Assembly (NCBI RefSeq): GCF_044704955.1
Contig: NC_091999.1
Coordinates: forward strand, 65,286,001-65,350,000
DNA length: 64,000 nt
Source: Pristiophorus japonicus
Taxonomy: Eukaryota
Reading direction: 5' to 3'
Part shown: positions 48,940 to 62,291 of the stretch, in pieces
How the letters are laid out: every line of letters starts with the position of its first letter
How positions within the stretch are numbered: the stretch's first letter is position 1
Position numbers and translations under genes: made by a program
The notes under the pieces: generated by a model
Database searches by the model: none
What the model was told of the DNA's origin: nothing
The model's input: the letters and a program-made list of their open reading frames with translations, nothing else

Positions 48940-50100
48940 CTCTCTGCTGTGGGAATGGGATGTACAGTGGTTTAACTACTGCACTATTCCGCTCTCTCTA
49001 GTGGGGAATGAGGTGCACAGTGGGCAAACAATTGCCCTTTTCCTTCTCCCTGGAGGGGAAGTGCGAGGTACAGTGGGGTAACAATTAACCTATCCCCCTC
49101 TCACAGGTGGGGGAGTGTCTGGTACAGTGGATTAACACTTACACTTTCCTCTCTCTCTGGTAGGGGAGTGTCTGGTTCAGTGGATTAAAAATTACCTTTC
49201 CTCTCTCTCATGTGGGGCAGTGAGAGTACAGTTGGTTAACAATTACCCATTCTCCTCTCTCTGGTGGGACAGTGGGAGGTACAGTGGATTAACAATGACC
49301 CTTTCCCCACTCTCTTGTGGGGCAGTGAGATGTACAGTGGGTTAACAATTGACCTTTCCCCCTCTCTGGTGGAGCAGTTGGAGGTACAGTGGGTTAACAA
49401 TTGGCCATTCCCCCTCTCTTGTGGAGCGGTGGGAGGTACAGTGGTTTAACCATTACCCTTTCCCGCTGTCTGGTGGGCAGTGGGAGTACATTCGGTTAAA
49501 AATTGCCCTTTCTGGCTCTCTGGTGGGGCAGTTCGAGTACAGTGGGTTTACAATTACCCTTTCCACCCTCTCTGCTGGAGCAGTGGGACGTATGGTGGGC
49601 TAACAATTACCCTTCCCCCACTCTCTGGTGGTCAGAGGAATGCACATTGGGATAACAATTGCCCTTTCCCCCTCTCTGGTCGAGCAGTGGAAGGTAGAGT
49701 GGGTTAACAATTACCCTTTCCCCCTCTCAGGTGGAGCAGTTGGAGGTACAGTGGGTTAACAATGACCCTTTCCCCTCTCTCATATGTGGAAGTGTCTGGT
49801 ACAGTGGTTTATCAATTGCGCGTTCCTCTCTCTCTGGTGGGGCAGTGGGAGTATTGTGGGTTGACAATTGCCCTTTCCGGCTCGCTTGTGGGGCAGTGGA
49901 AGTACAGTGGGTTAACAATTGCCCTTTCCCCTCTCTCGTGGGGCAGTGGGAGGTACAGTGGGTTAAAAATTGCACTTTCCCCTCTCTCGTGAGTCAGTGG
50001 GAGGTATAGTGTGTTAACTATTGACGTTTCCCCGCTCTCTGCTGGGCGAGTGTCTGGTACAGTGGGATAATAATTGCCCTTTCCCCTCTTTCTGTTCGGG
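48940..50100 (+). repeat. ~52-bp minisatellite, about 22 copies
   Basis: Unit approximately GTACAGTGGGTTAACAATTGCCCTTTCCCCTCTCTGGTGGGGCAGTGGGAG. Confidence 0.92.
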
Positions 50101-50503
50101 GTGTGGGGAGGGAGAGCAGTGCAGGTATGTGGCCCTCATTTCAGATCGCAGTCGATGCAGTGCTGCAAAATAAAACTGGCTCCAATTCTGAAGTGATGGA
50201 TCACACGAGAATCAGGGTAACTGAGCTCTACCTGTGCGGTGTTTGTTTGTTGGAAAGGGTAGGTTTTCAGATTCACCAGCGGGAAGAATGTTGCTGAAGT
50301 TACTTTGAGCAATATGCTATTGAAAGTTCTTCACTCTCTTTTAAACCCGTAGTGTATCTGAGCTGGGAGCTTTGGCTGTACAAGCCTTGGGCCCAAGACC
50401 AGAAAATATCTTGCTTCAGATTAACAGCCCGCCCGTTGACAGAAATTGGAAGCAAAATTAATTGACCGGCCGTATGCGTAACTCATGATTGGAAGAACAA
50501 ACC

Positions 50504-50509
50504 TTTATT
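50504..50509 (-). terminator. Poly(A) signal of the secretory IgM transcript
   Basis: AATAAA on the minus strand 40 nt after the tailpiece stop. Confidence 0.7.
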
Positions 50510-50548
50510 GGTTTTTAAATAAGAACTGAAATGGGAATCAACATATTC

Positions 50549-50939
50549 TCATTGACAAAAGTTGATGGTGTCCGTCAGAACAAGGGAACTGTTCACAAAA
50601 CTGGGTTTACCGCTGGATTTATTGACGGTTCTTTTGGTGATCTTCAAGGGGATCGTTTCATGTCCCACCACACCGGAGTAAGAAGCGCCGGTGGCCCACT
50701 CCTCGGCTGCAATGGATAGCAGGCTGTACATGAAATAGGAGCTGCTGCCGTTCTCAGCCATCACCTCAGTGTCCTTTTAGTTACCGGAATCACTGGCTTA
50801 TCATTGACGTTCCACGTGACGAAGATCTCGCGGGGGTAGAAATCTCTTACTAAGCACATGATGCTGACCAAGCCCTGAGCAGAGACATCTTCAGCGGAGG
50901 GCAGGAGGACAGACACGGCCGGTTCTCGCAGAACTTTCT
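50549..50939 (-). pseudogene. IGHM: IgM CH4 exon plus secretory tailpiece, frameshifted
   Basis: [37 protein letters not shown], then a -1 frameshift and TAA near 50775-50790, then [34 protein letters not shown]|[20 protein letters not shown]. The second domain Cys is replaced by Gly. Internal donor G|GTAAAC at 50611/50610. Confidence 0.92.
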
Positions 50940-51456
50940 CTGTAGAACAGTTACAATACAGGCCAATAAACTGGACAGTTCCAGAGACAACGAAATTAGA
51001 GGTTAGATATGAGAGAAATGTGATTTGTGCTACATTTCAAAGTAATTCCTTTTACCCCTCTGTGGCCTGTCCGGTTTTACAGCCCAGTGAAGATGGGGAT
51101 GCAAACCTTATCTCTGGGAGCTTGAAGAGTTGTACTAGAAAATGACTTTGAAAGCACTGCAACGAAATAGGCCATTCGAGCAACTGATCTATGCTGGCCT
51201 TTATGTTCAATAGGAGCCTCCTCCTAACATACTCTGTCTATACCTCATAACATATCCTTCTATTTCTATCTCCCTCATGCATTTATTTAGCTTACACTTA
51301 AAATGCATCATGTCAGGACCCAGAGCGTTTATTTCATGGAGTGAACATTTGACTTATCAGGATAATCTATAAAACAGTTAAAAAACTAATGGGCCCTTGC
51401 ACAAGCACCGGAAATAGTTAAAGCGTGTCACTTATTCCTACAACCTCCCCACTCAC

Positions 51457-51764
51457 CCTGTCCTTGTGGATGCAATCGCTTATAGGAGTCGACATTTCGT
51501 GATGATTCACCACGCAGTAGAACTCATCCCCTCTCAGCCAGGCTTGTGTTGAGATGTTTAAGTTGCTGTTCACGCTGTTGGGATGCTCTCCCGGTTGGAG
51601 AGAAATCTCTGATTTCAAAGTCTCCTTTTCTCGTGTCCAGGACACGGTGACCCCATAAGTAGCATCAGACACAATGCAGGTTAGGATCACTGTCGCCTCC
51701 AGTAAGATATGTTCTAGTGACGGTTGCGGAAGAGTGATCTTCGGACCTTTGCACGAAGATTCAT
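51457..51764 (-). pseudogene. IGHM: IgM CH3 exon (open, but ends in phase 0)
   Basis: ..[51 protein letters not shown]|gtgagt. 308 nt, one nt short of the expected phase-1 junction. Confidence 0.9.
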
Positions 51765-52329
51765 CTGTGAAGCAGAAATGAAATTCACGCTAAGCTTCAT
51801 CTTCAGAGTCAGGCCACCAGTATTCGGCCTTCACTCTCTCGAGGAGAATATATCGTCTTTAAGATATCAATCTCTCGCTGATGATTAAACACCATCGTTA
51901 TTGGAAGAACAACAAATTGGCACTGATCTTAGGAAACCCTTTAACATTTCCAACGTCAACAGATTCTTGTGCCCGAACGCGCTTCCGCTAGGTCTATTGG
52001 CTCCACCACTCGGGCCAAGGGCTCTACATGAAACTTACAATAGTTCAAAACGAGTGCTATATCAAATCCAGGATTTTACGTGCAGCAGGAAACAAAGTTA
52101 ATCTTCGACTGTCTTGTGATCATGGAGGCGGTGAAAATGTGCAGGAACCAATTGTAGCCCCCCATCATAGGAGAAGTGAAAGGTCGGCTAAATGGAGTTC
52201 CATGGGGTCTTTTTTGGTGGGTTAGAATTTGCAATACCGATGTTAAGTAGTTTGTTTATCTCCATCATTACTGGGCGTTCCTGTCTGGTTCGGGAGATTT
52301 AGTTGGAAATATAACCTCAGGGCCGGAGT

Positions 52330-52870
52330 AGCATAATAGAAACTGGAGTAGGCCATTCAGCCCATCCTGCATGTCGTCTTTCAAATGGAACATGACTTGA
52401 TCGGTACCTCAAAATTATATACCCGCCTTTTGTGTCTCACCAATGATGACCTTGCCTAACAAAGGTTTATCAGTTGCAGTTTTGAAACCTTCACTTGACC
52501 TTTAGCATCAACATCTTTTTGGAGAAGAGTGGTCCAAACTACCCTTTATTTGAATGAATCCTTCCTGACATCATCCCTGAACGTCCTACATCTACCTTTA
52601 GTGTTATGTCTGTTTTTCTGAAATTCTGCACCGGAGGAAATAGTTTATCTCTATCTACCCTATCAGTTCCATTTATCAAATTAAACACCTCAATTAGTTC
52701 ACCTTGAACATCCATATTCAAAGTAATACAAGCCTATTCTGTGCAACGTACCCTCACAATTTATCCATTTTTGCCCCGATATGATTCGCCTTAATTTGCA
52801 GTGCATCTCCTCTGAAACCAGTTTATCCATCCTGAGTTGCAGTCCCCAGTGCAGAACACAGTATTCTAAA
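52330..52870 (-). mobile_element. Old CR1 3' fragment in the CH2-CH3 intron
   Basis: GELIEVFNLINGTDRVDRDKLFP. Confidence 0.75.
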
Positions 52871-53210
52871 TAGGGCAGATGCCCTTTCTAGCAGTGGGAT
52901 CTGAGACAGTTACCAGCAATGGATTGCAGACACCTACTGTCGCTCCGAATATGATCAGGCAACTCAGGATCAAACTGAAACTAAGGGAACCTCGCTCACA
53001 ATCTAGCATAAGAGCAAAGGGCAACCTTTGGTGAAGTGATGGAGTCATGAACTATGAGGTATCCACAGTCAGGAGTTACACTGAAAGGAAACACAAACTG
53101 TATAATTGGAAATTAGAAATAATTCTGTGCTTTTTAATATTTCTTATACAAGCTCTAACTGAGATCCGCGTTCAGAATGATCCGGAAATTCACGGGATTG
53201 TGTCTCTCAC

Positions 53211-53522
53211 CGTGAGATCTAATAATGTTTCGGCTTTGGGTGAACCCTTGATGAGAAAACTGGCAGGGACACATCGAGCGGTCAAACCATTCCTCGGCAG
53301 GGAATATTAGCCGACTGGTCATTGAGAAGTCCATGTTTACTTTAAAGACAGGAGAGGTGACGATGTGCGGATCCATGACTTATCCATTCGTCAGCCAATT
53401 CACTGTCACTTCATTTGGGTGGAAATCAATGATTGAACACACGATGGTTGCAGATCTCCTTATGATGATTTCTTCAATTGAACTCAGGGTAAGGAAAACA
53501 CTTGGATAATGTACCACATGAT
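53211..53522 (-). pseudogene. IGHM: IgM CH2 exon with in-frame stop
   Basis: ..[48 protein letters not shown]. 312 nt. TAA at 53382-53380; AG/GT boundaries. Confidence 0.92.
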
Positions 53523-53599
53523 CTGCAAGAAAATAAATGTTATTCGGATTATTTGTTGCAATCCAAACAATTAAGTACTGTAAAGCGATTTTTAAAATA

Positions 53600-54100
53600 T
53601 AATCTACAACGCAGAAACAGACCATTCGGCCCAAAAAGATCTGTGTTTATGACCGAATGAGCCTTCGTTCGCCCGACTTCCTCTCCCTCGTGTTCTTATT
53701 TTAATCCTTCTGAAATACATCTATGCTATTCACCTCAAGTACTCCATGTGGTCGCGACTTCCACATTCTACCAACTCCCTGAGTAAATAAGTTTCTCCTG
53801 ATTTCACTATTGGATTTATTGGCAATTATCTTACATTGACGGCCCCTGGTACCGGGCTTCTCCTCAAGCAAAAATATGTTCAATACTTCTAACCTTTCAA
53901 ATCCCTTCATAATTTTAAAACCTCAATTCGCCCACCCTCAGCCTTTCCTTTTCTCGAGCAAAGAGCCGCAGCCGGTGCAATCACTTTTCTCAGTTACAAT
54001 CTTTCAGTTGCACTGTCGTACTTGCAAATCTTTTTGGTGCACTTCTCCAGTGCCTCTTTATCATTATTATAATATGGAAACCACCAGTATGCACATTACA
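53600..54100 (-). mobile_element. Old CR1 3' fragment in the CH1-CH2 intron
   Basis: TRGRQCKI..EIRRNLFTQGVGRMWKS. Confidence 0.7.
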
Positions 54101-54124
54101 GTACATATGAGAAGGAGATTATAG

Positions 54125-54682
54125 CTGTGAACAGTGCTCTAAATGTGAGGTCGAGCCCAGAGAGTGGGGCGTTCGAGCCCAGCGGACAGACGGGGGATGA
54201 GCTCAGCGAGAGGCAGCTTTCGATGGCCAGTGAGGGGTGCCATTGGATGCCCAGCGGGAGCGGCGTTCGAGACCAGCCAGTGGCGGAGAACAAGCCCACC
54301 GAGGGGTGGCACGGCATATGTAACATCAGAGCAGTCGGGGCTCAGGCTCTCCATCGCATATAACATCACAGGGGTCGTGGCCCAGCAGCGGTGCAGCGTT
54401 TAACAGCGTCGAAGTCGTGGCCCAGGACCGGCGCAGTTTCTAACAACAGTGGCGACGTGGCCCAGGAGTGGCGCAGCACAGAATAACAGAGGAATTGTAG
54501 TGCAGCATTAAACAACAGCGGGATCGGGGCACAAGGGAGTCGCAACAGTGATTGGTCGCTTTTGTCTTGGTTAATCCTTGCCACTTGACCAAGATCTAGC
54601 TCTGTCAAACCTGTCTGGTGGTTGGTGTGCAACTGTCGGCACACGTTAAAAAATCCACGCACAGGCATCTTCCACCCTTTAA
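54125..54682 (+). mobile_element. GC-rich RTE 5' UTR fragment
   Basis: 54575-54680 matches the reverse complement of 21830-21925, the region just upstream of the RTE ORF start. Confidence 0.65.
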
Positions 54683-54771
54683 GAGAAAAGTCATTGCAAT
54701 AGATGTGAGCACATCCAATTTGGTGTGAAGTGCGTCATCGTCGTCATGAGGGTCTGCCTAGCAGTAGTAAA

Positions 54772-55050
54772 TGTGATATGGAGACCAGAACTGTGCACAG
54801 TACAGTGTGAAACATGGAGACAAAACTGTAATCAGTACAATAAGTGTGACATGGAGACAAAACTCTAATCAGTACTCTAAGTGAGATACAGGACCAGAAC
54901 TGAGCACATTGCTCCAAATGTGATAGGGAGACCAGACCTGTAATCAGTACACTCAGAGTGATATGGGGACCAGAACTGCGCACAGTGCTCCAAGTATGAA
55001 TTAGGCACAGTACTCCCAGTGTGACATGGAGACCAGAACTGTGCACTCTA
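54772..55050. repeat. Degenerate tandem repeat of GGAGACCAGAACTGTGCACAGTAC (CR1-derived)
   Basis: About seven irregular copies; the motif resembles the antisense of the CR1 YCVQFWSP region. Confidence 0.65.
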
Positions 55051-55134
55051 AGTCTGGTTTAAGCAAGTTGTATAGAAAACAATATATCTTCTCTGCTTAT
55101 CACAGTTTGCATCCCTGTATCGCAAAACACTCGC

Positions 55135-55434
55135 CTAGCATTTTGATGTTCCAGACTGACGCATTTCGTTGAACCTCACAGTAGATTGTGCTGTTGCCCA
55201 CCTCTAACTCGGTAATGGTTAACTGACTGCTCAGGGTGTTGTCTCATTTCTTATTGAACAGTGACGGGTAGGTCTTCAGTCCAGTGGTGATTTGCTCTTT
55301 ATCTTTCCTCCAGGAAAGGCTCGTGATTTCTGTGGAATAGTCCATTGCGAAGCACACGTAGGTGATGGGGCCGTCGATGTTGGGTTGTTGACAGGAGGAG
55401 AGGAGGCCGTAGAGTATTGGTGCAGACGGAGTCG
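55135..55434 (-). pseudogene. IGHM: IgM CH1 exon with in-frame stop and GC donor
   Basis: [69 protein letters not shown]. 300 nt. TGA at 55246-55244; the donor reads GCGAGT. Confidence 0.92.
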
Positions 55435-57149
55435 CTGGGAAAGAATACCCAATTGGACAAGTTAGACTTTCCAATCAGTGCTTATATGGTAAACACACAT
55501 CGCGAAATTTGACTCAGAATGAACTAATTCCACCATTTGGTGATCAAAACCTAAATCAGCATTTGAGTTTCTGTGATTTGTGTGACGTGATGTGAAACGC
55601 CTCTATGTAACTCCAGTCTTGTACATAAGAAACGTCACGAGTCTTAAATGGTCATACTGTCCAGGAGAGGCCTTTGTACCGAGGGAGTGCCAGAATATGG
55701 TATTGGGCAATTCCTCCAGCCCTTGATCTCCTCTTATGCAACACTTCCCTCAATCTCCAACCATTTTAAGATTAGATTCATTCATATCCTGTGCACCGAG
55801 CTCCTGCCCACATCCTTTTGCTATTACCTTCTAATTATCAGCACAGAAGAAGACCATTCTATGGATTTTACGATGCTGCATTAAAACTTACCATCTAGGC
55901 AAGCATTTGGTCAAATCTCAGAATCACTAACAGCCATACTGAGGAAACATTGATATCTCATTCTGTGGTTGGATGCTAGATTATATCTGCTTACGCCCCT
56001 ATGAATCATCTTGGGTCGCTTTACTAGGTTAAAGGCGCAATATAAATGCAAATTGCTGTTTTCAGGAGATACACTTCTTTCAAAATCAGCAGGGTTAGTT
56101 CTCCTAAGCACACAACTCATAGACTTAGATGCCGGCATGTTTGTGAAGCATGACCCAGAATTATAACATAATACAATTTTACAGCACAGAAGAAGCCTAT
56201 TCGGCCAATCAGGCCTTTGAAAGATCTCTCCACCAATCCTGTTCTCCTTCCTATTCCCAATCTTCTTCACAATAGATCAGTTTTATCAAGGTATTAGGAT
56301 TCTGCATGCAGCCATCTTTCTAATAGAACATCCCAGGTCCAAACAGTCCCCAGTGCAGAATAATAGAATAAAACCTCTCCATGTTTTCTATCACTGCTGA
56401 TTTTCATTCTCTGGATTTAACTCACCAATTCACTAAGCTGGGGAAATATGTCTCCAGAATCCCTTCATAAAACGCATCATAATTACAAAACCGCTCAGTT
56501 AGACCTCATAACAATCTTCTTTGTTCCCATGACAAAAAATGACGTTTACAGTAAATGATTGAAGCCTCTTTAAAATTAAAGTGAATAATACAGCCCATAT
56601 TTTTGAATGGGAAACTGTTGCACTTCCTGATTTCTAAGATTCAAGCTTTAGATCAAATTAGATTTATTCAAGTCAATCTCTTTCCTTCTGAGAATTGGAG
56701 GAAGAGCGATGCGATGTGATTTGTGCTCTATCCCGTGCTACAGATTGGATTACTCCTGCCTTTCCTCCTCCCATTCGCTCAACTAACTTTACAGAATTCA
56801 ATACAAATCCAAAAGTCGATTTTATGGAGCGATGCGCTTTAAACAGTCCATTCCAATTCTCCAAACAGTTCACCAACCTCTCGCCAGTGAGAACAGGGGC
56901 TGCTTTCTGGGTCGTTGCAGTCAATTCTTGTTGCTGTTTGTTACGAACATAATCTAAACTTCACGATAGGTTTTTGCTCTAAATATCGAATATTGGCAAT
57001 CCATTAGCATTGTAAATGGATTGTTTATCAGTGGCATCTACGCAAGGAAGGACAAAGAGAAACGAACGTGCTTACTGCTGATATGGGCAAATCTCGCTTC
57101 CTGTTTGTGCAGATTACTCAAACAGCTGCTTATTCACATATCATTGGTC

Positions 57150-58520
57150 TGATACTGGACGCTCGATTTTAAGTGGGAAGTAACAAAGAGGGTGAATGAT
57201 GGTGTTGAAGTCGGTCTTGGATGTATAGACTTGCAAGTATCTCATAAAAGACTTATTTGGGAATTAGAAACACATGGGATTAAAAGGATTGAGATAACTT
57301 AGGTACTTAATTTGCTGAGTGAGAGAAGACAGAGAGTAGTGGTGAACGAATGTTTATTCTGACTGGAGAAAAGTGGGGTCAACCATGGATCTGTATTATG
57401 ACCTGTGCTTTTCTTAATTTATATATAAATTCCCTGGACTTATTTATAGGGAGCATAGTCTTTATTTAGTGGACAACGCAACATTTGGCAACATAGTAAC
57501 TGGTGAGCAGGATAGTAGTGGACTTCAGGAGGAAAGAGACAGACTGGTGAAATGGGCAGAAATGTGGCTGATGCAAGTTAACGAAGATAAGTAACATGGA
57601 GAGGGAATATAATCTAACTGGTACTATATTGAGGGAGTGCAAGAGCAGAGGGACCTGGGGAGCTTATTCACATATCATTGAAAGTGACCATGCAAGTCGA
57701 TTACACAGTGAAGAATGTGTATGGAATAATTGGCCTTGTAATAGGGCCATTGAATACAGAAACACGGAAGTCATGCTAACCCGTTACAAATCACTGGTTA
57801 GGCATAGATGGAGTAGTGTATACAATTCTGACCACCACAATTTAGGAAGATGACATGTCTTGAAGTGGGTAGAAAGGAGGTTTTCAATGATGGTAGCTGG
57901 GTTGAGAAACTTCAGTTATGTGGATGAATTTGAAAAGCTGAGATTGTTTCTTACAGGAGAGAAGGTTAAAGGGGTGACCTTATAGAGGAGTTTGAAATTG
58001 TGAGAGGTTTGTCAGAGTAAGTAAGGAGAAATTATTTCCTTTGGCAAGTAGGTCGGTAATAAAATGACACAGCTTTAAAATAATTGGCAAACGATCCACA
58101 GGGGAAATTAGGATTTTTTTTCAAAGAAAGATTTGCAATTTCTGGAATGCACTAGGCAACTGGACGTGTAATTGTAGATAACTCATTTGAAGTGTTACGA
58201 GGAAAAAGCTTGGACTGGAATTTCAGAGCCAGTACAGGAAAAACGGACCAAAGATTCTATGCTCTGAGATTCTTAGTTCCCATATGACAGACTGATTGCG
58301 AAAGTAAAACCCGAAGGGATCCAGGGAAAAGTGGCGAGTTGGATCCCACATTGTGTCAGAGGAATGAAGCAAAAAGTAATGTTTGATGGGTGTTTGCGGG
58401 ACTGGAAGGCTGTTTCCAATGGGATTCCGCAGGTCCCTTGCTTTTTGTGATAGATATCACTGATTTGGACTTGAATGTAGGGAGCATGATGAAGACGTTT
58501 GCATATGATACGAAAATAGG
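57150..58520 (+). mobile_element. Old CR1 RT fragments in the J-CH1 intron
   Basis: AIEYRNTEVMLTRYKSLVR; FAYDTKIG. Confidence 0.75.
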
Positions 58521-61500
58521 CGTAAAACACTCCCAGAGCAAGTACAAGACGCGTCAGATACACAGTAAATTCTCCCTCCACACTGTCCTATGAAAGACTC
58601 ACGCGATTGTTCCAGCACGGGTTAAGTATCGAAGTTTCATCTACATTGCACAGTGAACAACACCAAGGGAAGTTATGGCACGGGTTAGAAACCGATTAAA
58701 GCTCCTTCTGTAGAAGTGCTTAGGAACTGTTTGTTCTGAATATCACAAACTGGTTTCACTGAACCCATTCCCGAGTCGCCAACTCAAACTTAAATTCAAA
58801 CTATCGCAATTCTCACAGATAAAAGCTTCTGAAATAACTGAGACGAATTGTACTCCATGAAACACGGAAGGCAGGTTTACAACCAGTTAGGAGGACACCT
58901 GATTCTCATACAGAAACATAGGCCCACAAAAACGGAGCAGGCACAACCCGTGCACCAATCGTGTTCTCAGCAGAAAGATCGGTTCACTCTGTCAAGTTTT
59001 TTAAACTGATTTCTAATTGATCTCTTCTTAATTTGCGCCCATCTCAGGTCTGCACGTGCTTTGAAATTAAACTGATATTAATTTGGAAAACATCGCTTCG
59101 AATTCCAGTTGTTTCTCTCTCCCTGTCTATAACCCTACAAGCCGTGGAAGATTTATTTTCCCTGAAAACAAATTAAATCAGAGTTTCAGAAATCGGGAGA
59201 CATTTATATTTAAAACCGATTACCCACAGGTTTAACATAAGTTCATAGTTAAATATAACCTGTAAAATCATCGATGCATCGATCATTAAAACCTGCAGCG
59301 ACAACTTATTGACCTGAGCACGACTCAGTAAGACATGTATAGTTTCCTGAATTAATTTTAGACATAATTTAACATTCTCTCCAGCCTTGAAATTTTGCAG
59401 TAACTGTAATCTTATCCAGTGTACAACACAATTCTGGAAGGTCGTTTATCTTTAATAAATTTGCACTGATATTATATTTTTAAGACAACATTGATGTTAG
59501 CTAATGTTATACTGAAATAAAGTAACATTAGCTATTATTTATTTTAATCCTGTTTCTAACTATTAACTTGTGAACAATTACGGTTTCACTTAAATTAACA
59601 TGGCATTTGTAAATATTAAAATATTCTGAATCATATTAATAGATACAAACATTCAGACAAATATATTATTTTTACTCAAATTACATTGAATAAGTTAAAA
59701 CGGTCTCTAGTTTCAACACATTCCCGCTCTCTATCTACACACTTGCAAACTGCATGTTTCTGAACTGTCTGATACAACATAACTTCCATATTTTCACAGA
59801 CTGCATTCCACATGATAGATTTAGGAGTGGACTATTTTAGATAGTTCGAATTATGGCCCTGGTTAGATCTCACTGACTACCGATGGGCTGTAACGCCGTG
59901 TGTTTTCTAAATCAGGGCCCTCCAGTTTAAACATTATCCTCAATCTTAAATATGAAATAATGTTTTATGAAGTGAAAGGCAAGAGGCAGTCAGTAACAGA
60001 GCCCGGCTGTTTAATAACACAGTCAATCTTTTTATTTTATACTCCCGTAATTAACACAATGCCCGTCAATTAATTAAATATATTCTGCTATTTATTGAAA
60101 TTACGTTCGAGAATGATCAAAAAAAAACTGACGGGGAACAAATCATTCAGACCATCTGCGACACTGAAATGCAATGAGCAAATAGAGGAGAGATTTTGTT
60201 AATCAATTTAGCATGAATGATAATTAAATATATCTCCCAGTTGTAATCTGTTCACTGTCTATAATTCTATCCCGTGTTCAGCATTGCTATGGAAGACAGG
60301 ATGTTGTTATTCAATTCACGATCTTAGAAATGATTTCAGGTTAGTTTAGTTATAATTGGCTCGCTAACAAAAAAGAAATAAGATGGGCGAAATTATATGG
60401 TTTCGGCTGCACAGTAAGAATTTAATAACCCGATTGATTTATGACATTTACTAACTGCAATTTACAACTCGCATGTAATTGATACCCTGCATAAACAGGG
60501 AGATACCAATTAATTTTAAACTTTTACATTTTTATCTCATAAACTGTGGTGGATTCAGTCCTCCGTTAATAAAATAATTTCAAACGTAATCAGAAATTGT
60601 CTCCATTCTCTTAAATTTTCCGCTCACATTATTTGTGACCAGTGCACAGCAGAATTGTGGAAGGCGAATCCTGTTTAATGCATTAATATTAATGCTGTAC
60701 TACATTTAGTGATACTGGACAATATTACCGCATTATAATAGTTTGAGTGATATTAATTCAACTCTCTTTAAAGCTGCACATTTTTGGTTGAATAATTCTT
60801 AATTACAGTAACATTTCACGTATGTGTGCACCATAAACCATAGATTAATAGATGAATCTGTAATTATCACTTAAATAAACAGATGGAGTCAATTATTTGA
60901 TTCATAAACCCTACTTGTTGTCTGCCTACAATAAACTTTCAAACAGTTTAAAACGGATCATAAAAACCTGTAGCAGTTCGATGTCACTGAGATTAAACAT
61001 TGCACAAAAGCCAAAGAGGTTCACAAAGCTTAGTTATCCCAATTCAGCCAGCCGCACACTCTGCTAAGCAGATAAATAGCAAATCACAGCAGTGCGGGGC
61101 AGAACCCCGCAACTCGACGCATTGTGAAGAAGCAGCTTAACTCTATCAACCATTTCAGGATAATCTGATGTAATTTTGCCAAAAAGAACTTCGTTAAAGA
61201 ATCCACTGAACCCGTCTATCACTGAACGAATTAATTATTGAATAAAGCAGAAATATAAAATAGTGACAGCAGATTTGTGATTAGATGGATCTAATTGATA
61301 TTGATGTAGGATATTGTTGTACTATTTCATGCTATTACTGCATTATAATAATTACATTTATATTAATTCAAGCTGTTTCAAGAGAAAATTATTAATTCAG
61401 TGGTTATTACCAACAGTAAAATTTCACGTTTTAAATATGACCGATAGTGAATATTACGTTATTAGATGACAATGGTAAATATATGAAATAAATGATGGTT

Positions 61501-61940
61501 AAAGTATCTGAAGATTATTTTTGACTGCGAATGCTGTGTATGTTTTGCCTAAAATGTTATATCAAACAAATTAAAGCATAATATTTATATTTGGTCAGAA
61601 AAACTAAACTCATTAGATGTCACCGGGACTAAACATTGTAGAAATACCAAACCATTTAACAGCCATTGTGCATTAAAAGTAATCCAATGGACATTCCGAT
61701 CAACAGATAATCACCATATCACATTAATCAGGGGCTCAATCGGTCACCATCATTTTCTGTGGAGAAGCAGTTTCGTTCAACAACGCTTTGAAGCAGGATC
61801 ACATGAAACATTGCGGAAAATCTCAATACATAACCCAGCGAACACAAGGTTCAGTGAATGAATTAATTATTGAAATAAACAGAAATATAAAATAAAGAAA
61901 AAATTCAACAGTTACCCAATTAGTGTATGTTTTTCTTTAC

Positions 61941-62291
61941 CTGCAGTCACTGTCACCATTGTCCCCTGCCCCCAATCCGCAAGAGAGTACCAGCCACCAT
62001 CTATTCCACAGTAATAGATGGCTGTATCTTCGGTCCTCAGATTCTTCACATCCAATGTGAAGATACTGTTTGAAATCTCTTTCGATGCACTAAATCGGTT
62101 CTCAATCTCTGGGCCATAATAATTGTTCGATGGCTTTTTGAAGTAAACCAGCCACTCCAGCACCTGTCCAGGAACCTGGCGGACCCAGCTCATCCAGTCG
62201 CTGCCAAGACTGAGCCCGCTGGATTTACATTTCAAATTCAGGGAGCCTATGGGAATCCTGATCTCTGCCTCGGGCTGAGTCAACACCACAC
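61941..62291 (-). CDS. IGHV: Fused VDJ exon, open reading frame
   Basis: Acceptor ttttcacag|, then VVLTQPEAE...LKC...[15 protein letters not shown]...[30 protein letters not shown]|gtaaag. 351 nt, phase 1-1. Both Cys, the FR2 Trp and WGxG are kept. No heptamer or nonamer lies between V and J. Confidence 0.96.

Noticed and set aside
48940-50100. CRISPR-like or class-switch-region interpretation of the tandem arrays (also 35475-36110)
   Set aside because: The context is eukaryotic and there are no unique spacers. The arrays are not AGCT-rich and not 5' of CH1.
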